From Pavona decussata (lineage: Eukaryota), in the NCBI GenBank assembly GCA_977016875.1, contig CDRNST010000056.1, positions 2,418,001 through 2,482,000 on the forward strand: a DNA stretch of 64,000 bases, read 5' to 3'. The notes under the pieces were generated by a model that did no database searches, had not been told where the DNA came from, and saw only the letters and a program-made list of their open reading frames with translations. The translations under genes and the position numbers were made by a program. Positions 10,919-22,237 of the stretch are shown one piece after another. Position 1 is the first letter of the stretch. The number at the start of each line of letters is the position of its first letter.

Positions 10919-13100
10919 TTAAGCATTCATTGCCGAGTGAGCCCAGGAATCCTGTTGTTTTCTCATTCCGTATACAACACTTACAAGAATGTTCTCCGTT
11001 ATGTAATCATTTGTCAGGGGCGGATTTGGGGGCGGGAGAGGGGGCGAGGGGGCCGCCCCTCGCGTTTTTCTTTCATTGTTGAAAAGTTTCTGTTATCGTA
11101 TTTTCAGTGGTATTTCGCAATCAATCGGGTTTTTTTTAATCCTTTTAAAGTCTGTCTTCCGAAGCTATAACTTTTGGTCCCAAATGCTCCCAGAATTCTG
11201 TAAGCTCCATGAATGTGAATTATTCATTGGAGGGAGGGGGGGGGGGGGGGCTCCCTTAGGTAATCATTCCCTCTATTATTTCCTTTCAGGGCGTGGATAA
11301 AAATCGCACTTTTACCATTTTAGATTCATACAATCCGTCTTCGAATTTCTATCGATGTTTAACGGTTATTGACTAATCGAGTACTCAAGTCTGATTAACA
11401 TTATGTCAAGCGCACGCCAACATTGTGAAGCAGGGGGAGGGGGAGGGGGGGGAGAGTACTCGAGGTTTTGGGTGCTTAACTGATGTATTACTTGAACATA
11501 TGAAATATGGAATTTATTAAATTTCAATGGCCAGTTTTACTGAAAAGTTATTGCTTTGTTTGTTTGTTCGACATATGCATCCGAACTACTGCAGTTGTGC
11601 CTCAGCAGGACTAATTTTTCCATCTCTTCACGGGATTAATCAATTATCCATTCATTTTTTGTTATTGAAACGCGCAAACGGTGCGCTTCCGAAAACAAAT
11701 AAATATGTGTTTGCTGTCTAGCCTTCGTCGCAGACGTATTATTCATATCGGCGGCGCCGGTTGGCCGGATTAAGTCCGCGAGCTCTCGTCTTGAGATCAG
11801 CGCAAGATAAGTCAATTTAAAAGTTTCCTTCTGAAATTAATTGCACATTAGGGTGACATCTATCTAGCAAAAGATTTATCACACCCAAGGTTAGACCGGC
11901 TTACCTTTTGCGCGGGGTGTCCTCGGTGCTTTTGTATTTGACCTCAGGATTCGATCCCCTTCTCATGTTGATCCCTGTATGGGGGGTCCTGTATTTTTCA
12001 GATGATATTAAATCAACGCAAAGAGGTCTCGGTTTGTAATGCAGCAAATTCTAATCCAGCAAATGGCGCACGAGCGATTCTCCCGCATAGATGCAAAAAC
12101 AACTGACAACTGAACTGATCCGGCCGTATCTCCTTACTTGGCCTTGTGTGCCTGTTAATAATAAAATAGGCGGATGGCCCAGGGACTGGGGGAGGAGGGT
12201 GGAGGGGGGGGGGGGGGGGTAGAAAAGTGGGTCCGGTTTTAAAATGTGTATCCGTCAAGAAGTCCCGTCTGGAGATGGAAAATCACAATTACATATCTTG
12301 GTCTCAAAATTGATGGAGGAAATCATGATGGTTTTTTATCTGAAAATCGGTAAGGAGTTTTTAGGATCCGTTGCCCGTCGACGGGTGTCAGGTGTCTAGC
12401 CGAGTGCAGGAGCTAGTGCTTTCACCTTACTCTGACAGTGCCTCATGATTTTTAATATAATTTCTCATTTCAAAAGAAATTGTTCTTGAAATCATTCGTT
12501 TCCATGGAATGTGAATATCATAAATAAAGTTCGGTGACAGTTTTACCAAAGTTGAGTATTTAGGGACCGGTCATTATTTATCGCCTGGGGGGGGTCGGAG
12601 TATTTAGGGGGGGATCACATGGTTTTTTGAAGACCTTTAGGGGGGATCAGCCGTAATTGACAAGCATAATGGGGGGGATCAGACCAAAAAAAAAAGGAAT
12701 TTTAGGTCGCGTCGGGACCCCGGGTGAGTGCATTTGTAAATACTTTGGTAGGATTTGCCGCTAGGACTCTAAACCCCCAACCATATATTCAAGACCACGT
12801 TCAGTTGTATTTTGTATTATGTAACCTTTATTCTAGCCCAGACACAAAACCCAAACCCTTTTACAGACCCTCCATTTTGTAAAAAAAAGTATCACTATCG
12901 TAGTCTAACATACACGTTGTTAATCAGGCACGATCTATTGAAATTAGAAAGGTAATCAAGATTTTGAGAATGGAATACTTACAATTGCTCAAAATTGTTT
13001 CATGACGTTTCAGTTTGTTTTATAGAGAATCGTAATCTAAAATCATAAACGTTCATTATTTTAATACGCGGCCGAATGAAAACAACAAATAAAAAAGTGT

Positions 13101-13949
13101 TTATTTTGGTGAGGCTGTATCTTGTTCCGCTTCCGTGTCAGAATCTTCGGCAGCCCTCTCCACTGGCTCTTGCACAGTCTCCACGTCAGATTCATCGGAA
13201 TCCTCCCCCGAACTTGACCCTCTTTCAGCACCATTGCTGCTATTCTCTTCGTTCATTCTGGCCACTACCACTTTCAAATTGCATGCCAGCTCTGTTTCAA
13301 ACACGCCTCTTTCCAAAAGCCATAGCAGAGGATCCAGGTGGAGACGCTTGACAAATCTCGCAGTGAATCCTGCATTAATACTTGAGACACATTTGTAAGT
13401 ATTCTTTTCGAGTGAATCGAAAACCTCTTTAGCTACCTCTTTTGAGGTAAGTTTTTCTAGGAGAATTGCTGCTCGCTGACGTAACCTTTTCTCCTTGATT
13501 TTTTTCACTTTTCTCTTGTTTTCTTTTTTTCTTCGGGATAGGCCGTTGTTCCCCATGGGAGATGGGAACTTTCTCTTCAAGCTCATGAGGGTGGTCGTGA
13601 GCGCATTGGAGGCTTTCTGCAGCTCTTGGTGTAAGGCCTTCACTCGCTCTTGAGCTTCCTGGAAATATTTGAGCTCATCACTTGCAAACGGCCTTAAGTT
13701 ATGCTCTTCTGTATAAAGGTTCTTTCGTCTGTTGTCGATAAATGAGAGCAAATCGCATGCTGAATTAAAGGCCTCATTGACAGCGGTCAAGGAGGACTCA
13801 CACTTCGCGACATCACCACTGCCCTTACATCCATCCACGCCTGACATGAACTTCGTGATGTTTTGGCACACTCCCCAATTCTCGTTTCTAAGCAAGTTGT
13901 TTTCTTTATCGGAAAGGGCTTTTATCTTTGTGTTTAACTGCCAACGCAT
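13101..13949 (-). CDS. Uncharacterised 282-aa helical/coiled-coil protein inside the Zator-like element
   Basis: Uninterrupted ORF with heptad-like segments, a basic NLS-like tract RRKKENKRKVKKIKEKRLRQR, an acidic tail and AATAAA at the stop. No family recognised. Confidence 0.65.
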   Translation of the reverse strand: MRWQLNTKIKALSDKENNLLRNENWGVCQNITKFMSGVDGCKGSGDVAKCESSLTAVNEAFNSACDLLSFIDNRRKNLYTEEHNLRPFASDELKYFQEAQERVKALHQELQKASNALTTTLMSLKRKFPSPMGNNGLSRRKKENKRKVKKIKEKRLRQRAAILLEKLTSKEVAKEVFDSLEKNTYKCVSSINAGFTARFVKRLHLDPLLWLLERGVFETELACNLKVVVARMNEENSSNGAERGSSSGEDSDESDVETVQEPVERAAEDSDTEAEQDTASPK

Positions 13950-14028
13950 TTGCTGTTGTTCTCACAATTTTTACACACATAGTGCTCTTGTTCTCGATAA
14001 GGAAACCCTGCAAGGTATCGTTACTACT

Positions 14029-16947
14029 ATGGACTCAGAATGGGATAAAATTTGTCTTAGAGTTATATTGCGATCCATATTCTCTAGAGAAGAAATGACA
14101 GCCCTAGGCTTCGATCCTGACAATCTTCCGTCTATGACGGAGAGAGTTAAATTCGTTGTTGAAGAGGTAAAAAATGCTAATGAGGCAGCAGCCGACCTCG
14201 TTGGGTTACGCTTAAATTTCAAGAAGGAAAAGCTGGAAAAGGAGATAAAAGAGAAGGAAAACCTTATTCAAAACAAAACAAATATTTGGTCATCCAAAAC
14301 GTTAGAAGAAATCCAAAGCGAAGTACAAAAACTCAAGGAAAAAGTTGAAGACACGGAGGGGCTTCTTCACAGCCAGCCCACCGAAAGCAATTATCAGAGA
14401 AAACGCCAAATGCTCAAGCGCCAAGCTTCAAGCCTTATCGAATCTAATCGACTGAAGAGGCGAAAGTTGTCAAACCAAGGTCCGAAGCCAAAGCTAGATG
14501 AGGAAGATGAAGACTTCATTGCAAAGGCAATTGAGGATAAATCATCCTATCATGGTAGACGGCATGATACGGTTCTCTATACCGGCCAGAGGGTGAAGAA
14601 GAAAAACCTTCTTTCAATCGCCAACTACCGACTAGCTCAACGTGGAAAGAAATTAATTCAATCCGCTACAACAGTATACAACAGGGCGAGACCGAGAAAC
14701 AAAAGAAGTCTCCAAGCGAAGCGCCATTATGGCAAAGGCCTATTCTGTTGGAAAAAGCCACCAAAAGGCGAAGAAAACACAAACGAAAACACTCACTACC
14801 AACGAGCACACGTAAAAAACATAAAAAGACGATTCTGGGGTGCCAGAAATTCCAGCGCGAGAAAGTTTTGTTTCATGAGAAGCACCGATGACAAGGCTTA
14901 CCTTAGACCAGGTACATCTGAAGGTTTTGACAAAGCCAGAAATCTTAGGATCTTAACATTATCAGATCACACTAAAGCAAGGAAGTTGCCAAAGTACGAC
15001 TGGCCTGAGAAAATGGTATACGTGACCCCGGGTTCTCACCGTGTTTTTACGAAGTCAAGTGTAATGAATGAAACTGAAGAGAAGCTGATAACTGAGAACG
15101 ATCGCCACTATGTATTTGTCAGGCCCAAAGCAATAGTGGGATCGTCAGGCACTGTATGGGCCAGCGAAACAGTTCGTTTGCGACATGAGGATCCATCAGC
15201 TTTTGAGGTTGACGAACCGACACCTGGCAGTCCACAGTACTCACTGGGATTTCGTAAATGCTGCGCGCGACTACACGATGACCTCTTTCTTTATTATGAT
15301 ATGACAGAGTCAGATGACCTAGACAAAATATCCGGAGAAACAGGAAGTAACTGTAAATTCTTCACTTACGAAAAAGAGAGAGCAGAGCACTTGAAATTAA
15401 GGATTGACAATTTGTTGCAGTTTTGCGAAGACACAGAAATGTCGGAGCACAATAGGGCTCTGTTTGCTAGTCAGATAATACCAGTCACGAAACGCATTTT
15501 AGATGCCATTGATGATCTGTTTAAAGAGGAAGTCGATTCAATGGAAAAAGATGCGAGAAAGGACAGGATTTTAAGGGTAACCAGTTCATGTAAACATGGT
15601 CTAGACTTTCTCGGAGATCTCTGCCTTCCACCTGTAAAGCCACGATGGGCTGACCTTACAGATGCTGGTCCGGGCGTAGGAGTTTCCAACTACGAAGTTA
15701 GATTTCGAGACGCCGAGTTAGCAAGGGTTCACAATTCCGATTATAGAGTGCGATGTCATCGTTCGAGGGGCGACAGCGGGCAAGGTGAAGCCGAAAGGAC
15801 AAACTCGGCAATTTCTGATGCTCTTGTGGATGGCGCAACTCTAGAGTGGGAAAAATATAGGAGGTTTGAGGATCTTTCAGAAGAGGAAATCAAACAACTG
15901 TCTCTCCAGTCATACGAAGAGTACGAAAAGAAACGGATGGAGAAAAATGCCTGGTATGTCTGTAGTCAGGTAGCCGAGAGAATTGATGATGCCCCTGTCC
16001 TTAAAGATTTCATCAAGAGCAAAGTTAGCGAGTCCCCTGATGAATTATTCTTTTTCAATTCTGTTTACCTCGACAACTATCGGGGTGCATCAGAACGAAA
16101 CAAAGAGCAAGCGCCCGGTGCAGCATACTTCCGAAAGATCGAATCGTTTATGGAAGACCACTATATTCGTGGAGAACTTTTTATGGAATTCTGTCGTGAT
16201 GCCTGTAAAGAGTCAAGAGAAGAAAGTTCCAATCTCTGTTCCTGGTGTTCTAACAATAGATGGGTCGGTCCAGAAACGGAAAGAATTCCGCAACCTGTAC
16301 CAGACTCAAACAATCCTGGACATTTCATGGATATCTATCAGACGGAATCGACGGGCAGGACACCAGATGATTACCTTCCAAGAAAATGTATTAAATATCT
16401 GTACGAGGAACATTCTGACAGTATCAGAAACGATCAGGATACCATGAAGAGCTTCTGCTCAAAATATAATGTGGAAGAGAAGCACGTCATTGCATATGTT
16501 AATCATTTGAAGGATATTGAGATCCGAAAGGACATGAGAACAAGAGCAGCTGAGGAGCGAAGAAGGCAAGAGGCCGAACGAACGTACAAGGACTTTCAAT
16601 GGGATAACCTCATCGAGGGTGGCAAAGTTGAAAAGTTGCGGGTAAGAGAACTAGACCTGTATCTCAACAAGCATGGTTTGACGACTGTGGGTCGGAAACT
16701 TGACAAAGTTAAGGCCATTCGATGTCACTATTACCGACAGAATAAAGAGACTGTGATAACAGAAGAACTGTCGAGTGATGAAGATGACGTGGAATCCGAG
16801 GATGAAGAATCCGAAAGTGAAGAGGCAGAGAGCGACGATGACTATGTTTTCGTGGATTTGGATGAACAGCCTGAGATTGGCACTTCCGCGACAATTCAGT
16901 TCGTATCTGACAAGCAAATATCTACCGTTGTTGTTCAAGGTCCATGA
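14029..16947 (+). CDS. Zator-like DDE transposase (~970 aa) with C-terminal SAP-like domain
   Basis: RSTDDKAY.RPG (D, nt 14887), LPKYDW, YVFVRPK..SS, KP....TDAGP (D, nt 15661), RGDSGQGEAERTNSAISDAL (E, nt 15793). SAP-like GKVEKLRVRELDLYLNKHGLTTVGRKLDKVKAI. The true start is uncertain because the frame is open from 13732. Confidence 0.8.
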   Translation: MDSEWDKICLRVILRSIFSREEMTALGFDPDNLPSMTERVKFVVEEVKNANEAAADLVGLRLNFKKEKLEKEIKEKENLIQNKTNIWSSKTLEEIQSEVQKLKEKVEDTEGLLHSQPTESNYQRKRQMLKRQASSLIESNRLKRRKLSNQGPKPKLDEEDEDFIAKAIEDKSSYHGRRHDTVLYTGQRVKKKNLLSIANYRLAQRGKKLIQSATTVYNRARPRNKRSLQAKRHYGKGLFCWKKPPKGEENTNENTHYQRAHVKNIKRRFWGARNSSARKFCFMRSTDDKAYLRPGTSEGFDKARNLRILTLSDHTKARKLPKYDWPEKMVYVTPGSHRVFTKSSVMNETEEKLITENDRHYVFVRPKAIVGSSGTVWASETVRLRHEDPSAFEVDEPTPGSPQYSLGFRKCCARLHDDLFLYYDMTESDDLDKISGETGSNCKFFTYEKERAEHLKLRIDNLLQFCEDTEMSEHNRALFASQIIPVTKRILDAIDDLFKEEVDSMEKDARKDRILRVTSSCKHGLDFLGDLCLPPVKPRWADLTDAGPGVGVSNYEVRFRDAELARVHNSDYRVRCHRSRGDSGQGEAERTNSAISDALVDGATLEWEKYRRFEDLSEEEIKQLSLQSYEEYEKKRMEKNAWYVCSQVAERIDDAPVLKDFIKSKVSESPDELFFFNSVYLDNYRGASERNKEQAPGAAYFRKIESFMEDHYIRGELFMEFCRDACKESREESSNLCSWCSNNRWVGPETERIPQPVPDSNNPGHFMDIYQTESTGRTPDDYLPRKCIKYLYEEHSDSIRNDQDTMKSFCSKYNVEEKHVIAYVNHLKDIEIRKDMRTRAAEERRRQEAERTYKDFQWDNLIEGGKVEKLRVRELDLYLNKHGLTTVGRKLDKVKAIRCHYYRQNKETVITEELSSDEDDVESEDEESESEEAESDDDYVFVDLDEQPEIGTSATIQFVSDKQISTVVVQGP

Positions 16948-17465
16948 GACGTAAGTACCACTATTAAAGATATCACTTGCATATTCAAAAAGTTATTTGG
17001 CGGTGGCTGGGAGAAAGGGGGGGGGGGGGGGATCATGAAACTTTCCACTACTAATAAGGGGGGATCTTTAAAAAACTAGATACTCTACGGGGGGATCACG
17101 TAAATGCTCCGATGTGACAACAAAAATACTCTGACCCCCCCCAGGCGATAAATAATGACCGGTCCCTTTAAAAGGGGCATTATCACGGAGATTTGCTATA
17201 TGTCGATCAAAACTACCCAAATGTTTGATAAAGGAACTTTTCTCTAACATGATTGCTCTCAGAGCTCCTGGAGGAAAAAATGGAATTATTTCTCCATCAA
17301 CTCAGTTTTTAACAATTTTTTTAAAATACGCAGGAGAGACAGACTGGAGCTAGATTTGAAAACATTGGCCATTTTTTTTTCAAGTTGCAATCCATTACCA
17401 TCCAAACAATCAACAGCCAAAGATGTCAAAAATGAACGATTCTATAAGTAGGCGACAATACCTCT

Positions 17466-18401
17466 TTAAATCTGTTCATAATCTGATGCTCTCCCCTTTT
17501 TTTCACTATTTATCAAACCAAACTTCACTGAGCTAGACCCGGAACAACGAGGACCAGATCGTTTGGTCGCTGGAAATCCCACGGGAAGATTTTCCACTAA
17601 ATTGATGTTTGCTTTGAACTTTACTTCGCCGAGTACGAGTATTTTACTTTTGAGAACGACAGAGTTAAATTCCTCCTGGGTCATAAGGGGAAAACGTATT
17701 GCTTTTACGATCCGTTCTCCTAAAATTTTTCTCATTTGCGGTCCATCTGCCACGATGCCTTGTCTTTGTGATTGTTTTGTTGCCCACCTGATGACTCCTT
17801 TGAACAATTCAACTTCGCCAATACTCAGGGTATCTCTGTGAACTACCGTTTCAAGTAAGGACCTCTCGATTGTCACAAATGCATCTGATTTCACCGCCGC
17901 TTCTGTGTGGTTGTCGATCATTTGCCAGCATCGGTCCACAAGATTTTTTTCCTCATATTTCTCAACCGCTGGGAGAATGCTGAAAACATTTGATGGATCT
18001 AAATGAATTTTTATATATCTCATGCATCTATCTGCGAGTGAAGGCACAATATATTTCTTAGCCACGTATAACACTCCAAGCACATTACTTCCGCTTAAAT
18101 TCACTTTATCACTGTACATGTAACGAAACAATTCCAACAGACTCTCGTACTCACAGTCAGGCAGTTCAATAGAGTCTCTAGTCTCTGCTAGTCTGCCGTT
18201 AAACATAGCTTCGAACACAGGACTGCTAACCGACAGCACATACTTGTGAGCTGGAATCACTTGCTTACTTTCACTTTCACCATCGCTCTGACGAACTACA
18301 AACTTCACATCGCTGAGGAGATCGTTGTTGAACGTAAACGTGATTCTTTCCTTGATCGTGGATCTTGTTGTTTGCCAATTTTCTTCGTAAACGTCTGTCA
18401 T
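17466..18401 (-). CDS. BTB-BACK protein truncated at the start of the PHR domain (311 aa); possible pseudogene
   Basis: Intact BTB and BACK. Homology to paralogues stops after SSVKFGLIN (~17510), about 350 bp from the Zator-like right TIR. Confidence 0.8.
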   Translation of the reverse strand: MTDVYEENWQTTRSTIKERITFTFNNDLLSDVKFVVRQSDGESESKQVIPAHKYVLSVSSPVFEAMFNGRLAETRDSIELPDCEYESLLELFRYMYSDKVNLSGSNVLGVLYVAKKYIVPSLADRCMRYIKIHLDPSNVFSILPAVEKYEEKNLVDRCWQMIDNHTEAAVKSDAFVTIERSLLETVVHRDTLSIGEVELFKGVIRWATKQSQRQGIVADGPQMRKILGERIVKAIRFPLMTQEEFNSVVLKSKILVLGEVKFKANINLVENLPVGFPATKRSGPRCSGSSSVKFGLINSEKKGRASDYEQI

Positions 18402-18938
18402 GATATGTGTTCACTCCGATTTGGTGGGCTTCGTTGAAATTAAATGTCTCAGTCAACTTGCAAGTCCTGTAACAAAACGACGGAATGTTAAAGTGGAGAG
18501 GGTCCCAGTAACGTTTGCATCCGGATAACTCGTGACCTTCAAAAATTAAACGGAGTAAGTCACGCAATACAAGCATCAAGAGTTTCAGTTTCCGGTTGGG
18601 ATTGTAGTGTATTGTGGGATGGAAAGTGAGCATCATTCTTGAATATCGGCCATATTTCCTCACAGTATGTTTCAAGGTCTTCTCCTTGATGATATTTGCT
18701 TTCTGAACCGGCGACGAAATAATCGAATGCACACTTCGACTACAGAACTGAATTGCTAACACTATCTGCCGATTTTAACACCTGTGTCATAAAGCTACCA
18801 AAATCACGAAAACATTTTGGGAGAAAAATTCACCATTGCAGACTGACTTCCAGTCCAGACATTATCGTCGACACCTTCATCCTGTCTGTGATTCAATCCT
18901 AAGGAAGTGTCAGTCGAAGAATCTATTTTGAGGCACTA

Positions 18939-19213
18939 CAATCGTGGACAAAACGGTTAAGAAAACGTACCCTTCCAAGCGTTTTTACAAGCAAACAATC
19001 GAACGACCATATTTCCCGCCCCCTCTCCCCCCGACTCAATGTTGTTTGGTGGGTCACGAACAGTTTCCCGGCAATCAGCACTTCCCAAATCAACATTGTA
19101 CAGGGGGAGGGGAGGAGAGAGAAGTAACTTGTAGAAATTCGAGGGGAGGAATAGTAAATAATTGTTTTTTGTGGGCCGCGTTCAGATATCTTAACGAGAT
19201 TTGTCCACGATTG
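18939..19213. mobile_element. Tc1/mariner-type MITE
   Basis: TA|CAATCGTGGACAAA...TTTGTCCACGATTG|TA. Confidence 0.75.
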
Positions 19214-20014
19214 TAGCTGTAGCGCATAAAATTCACTGTAAAATATTCCATTGTCAAACTTTTCAATAGATTTTCCCAGGACTGGCAGTGGGAATACATG
19301 TATCGGAAAAGCATGACACAGTTTGTTGTCGGAAAAGTATCGGAAGTAATATAATAAGTGCGTGACTTGTAAACAAATCAATTAGCTTAGGATTTCACTC
19401 ATCATGAAGACGTCAATCTTGTAACCTTGGTAACCGCAAACTTAGAATCTTTGTGGTTTTGTGATTAGAAGTTAGGAACAACGCGACGTGAGAAGACGGT
19501 TGTGACTATTGTCACTGAACTGAACTGAAACTATTGAGATTAAAGAAAGTGAAACAAAACTACGCGAGTGAATAGTGTTGCGGTACCGGTATGCCAACAA
19601 TGCAACATTTATTAGCCCATTATCGCCTGAGTGATATTTTACAGTTTGTTGGGATGTCTGCATTAATGTAGTAATGGCCGGTAATTCAGTCAAGGCACAC
19701 ACTTTCAGTTTTGCGTTTCAGGGCTTGCGTTCGCCTACCAAAGCAAAGATGTTTAAAAGTAGCTTTATTTTCAGATTCTACAGTTTATTATTAGCTTCTC
19801 AGTGATATATAGTGTTCTAGGATTTCTCAGTAAAAGCGGCAATCATCCATTTTTTATAGCGTTTACCAAACGATGCACTTGACGTGTTTCATCCCCGTGC
19901 GGAAAAGAGCCCGTTGCAGAAGGATATGGTTAAAGTTTATGGTGACAAACCCTCTGGAGCTCGGGGTTGTACGGTCTTTAATACTTTTCACTTTTAAAGA
20001 AATGATTGCACTTA

Positions 20015-20252
20015 GGGGGCTTTCCAATTGTCAGAACTGGCCGTCATGCTCAACCTTTTTGCAAACGGAATACACCAATTTGAACGACAGTATATACACC
20101 CCACTTCTTATTTATTGTTCCAAATGGCGCGCACCACTCTCAGAATATGCCATTTTGAAGAATTCTAAGAATCAGTCCTTTAAATTGGTACACTCCAATG
20201 ATTTATGGACCGAACGGTCTGGCCGGCTAGTTCTGACAAATTGAAAGCACCC
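20015..20252. mobile_element. PIF/Harbinger-like MITE; second copy at 47874-48104
   Basis: TTA|GGGGGCTTTCCAATTGTCAGAACTGGCC...GGCTAGTTCTGACAAATTGAAAGCACCC|TTA. Confidence 0.8.
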
Positions 20253-20921
20253 TTAGTAAACACCGAGGATGAACAATTTAACGAAGTTAGTAAAAGTATT
20301 TACATTCGGCGGAACTAAGCAATGAGTGGCAGTGACAAAGAATGTAAATATTTTCCTGTTGGTATCAACTGTCGCGTATTAGAATGGTGTTAATTGAATC
20401 TTTTTTTTGTTAGTGTATATAAGGGTTTGTCGGTTGTAATTTATTCATCTCACGGCTATCGAACTTTCAAACTTTAGTTTTCAGAAGTTGGAATTTTGAC
20501 ACTGGAGCCTCGTTTAATATCTATATTTTTTTCTATATCTGTATCAGTGGAATTTTTACTACATGTTTTACTATAGTCTGTTAGTTAACCTCTAACCCCC
20601 TGAGGTTTGTGCGGCTGCATTTGGTTGGGGAACACGCTCCCATTTTTCCCACTGGGTTTTTGGGTTTTCGTATCAGGCAGACGCACATGTTTAGCCCGAG
20701 ATCTACCCTTTTCATCTTAATTTGTTACTTTTCATGATTTTAGCATCTATTTAATTTGTATTTATGCATGAGGACGGCATTAAACACTCTGGCTCACAGT
20801 TCGAGCTGCACACCCACTCCTGTGATTGAGTCGTGATTATAAATAGCAATTAAACTAACCGAATTCGCTAACTTATGGATCCGTCCACCACCCTCTCTAG
20901 GCATAGAAGCAAACTTCATGT

Positions 20922-22237
20922 TTACGTGACAAGGCTAAAGATAAGTTCATTAATTTGTCCCTCTGTGGTATCCGTTCCATCAAGAGAGAATTCCGAGTCT
21001 TCCGAGTCTTTCAAGTTAAATGTCACACCAGTGGTCTGGCCTTGTGTACCGTACCAAGACTCGGGGCCAGAAATATGCGCTCCGAGAAAGTATGTGGTAT
21101 CTCTTTTCAAAAATATTGGCGCTTCAAAAAGGACATCAAAGCCGTAGTATTCTCCTGATTTGTGTCGCTTAGATAAAAATGTACCCTCAGTTGAGGCAAG
21201 TAGTCCTTCCGCGAAATAATCATCGAGCGTAAGAGAAACTGAGGAAGAACTCTTCCTTCCGCCAAACAAGTAGACTCCATGAAATTGTATGTCGCGGTCC
21301 ACGGAAAAGTCTACACTGGAACTGCCATTAACCCAGCCAAACTTTATTGAACTAAATCTGCAACAGCGAATGATGTTAGCAGAGGGAGTACATCTTCTAG
21401 AGACTGGAAGCCCCACAGGACAACTCTGCGATGAACTAAGTGTTTGAATTTTATTAGTGACCTCCGTTAACTGGGTATTTTGTGGTTGAGGAGTACAGAG
21501 ATAAATTCTTTCTGGTTCATCACTGGAAAGTGCATTTCCTTAATAGTTTGTTCGCCGATAATTCTTCTAAGTTCTTTTCCGTCTGCGACAATGCCTCGTT
21601 TTTCCGATTCTTTCTTCGCCCATTTCACGATCCCTTTAAACAAGTCTATGTCTGTAATTTCCAGAGAATTTCTGCGTTCAACCAACGCATCAAGTAAGGA
21701 TCTCTCGATTACTGCAAATGCATCCGAATTTACCACCGTTTCTGTCTGTTCAGCGATCACTTTCCAGCATTGATCCACCAGGTTTTTTTCTCCATATGCC
21801 TCTGCAGCTGGAATGATATTTAAAACATTTGATGGATCTAAATTATGCTGCAGAAATCCCATGCATTTGTCAGAGAGTGAAGGCACTATGTGTTTCTTCG
21901 CCAAGTATAAAACTCCCACCACATTACATCCGCTTAAATTCACGTCATCGCTGTAAATGTAACGACAAAACTCCAACAGACTCTCGCGCTCGCAGTCAGG
22001 CAGTTCAATAGAGTCTCTACGCTCCGCCAGCTCACCATAAAACATGGCTCCAAACACTGGACTGCCAATCGACAGCACAAACTTGTGAGCGGAAATTACT
22101 TGCCTACTTTCGCTTTCACCATCGCTGCCACGAACCACAAACTTCACATCGCTGAAGAGATGGTTGTTGAGCATAAATGTGGTTCTTTCTCTAATGGTGA
22201 GTCTAGTTGTTTGCCAGTCTCCTTGTAACACAGACAT
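20922..22237 (-). pseudogene. BTB-BACK-PHR gene with a single frameshift near 21470
   Basis: ORF 22237-21467 (BTB-BACK) stops at HKIPS*. The PHR domain continues in another frame (...EVTNKIQTLSSSQSCPVGLPVSRR...EGQINELIFSLVT*). Confidence 0.85.

Larger units (their letters stand above)
12563..17166. mobile_element. Zator-like DNA transposon carrying two divergent ORFs
   Basis: 43/44-bp TIRs (A)GGGACCGGTCATTATTTATCGCCTG8TC(G/A)GAGTATTT. Flanks TTTA|GGG...CCC|TTTA (TWA-like TSD). The internal transposase has Zator-type motifs. Confidence 0.85.

Noticed and set aside
13732-14028. First 99 aa of the 1071-aa ORF
   Set aside because: It starts at TTG and most of it is the antisense of the 282-aa ORF. 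The first plausible ATG is 14029, although an upstream exon cannot be excluded.
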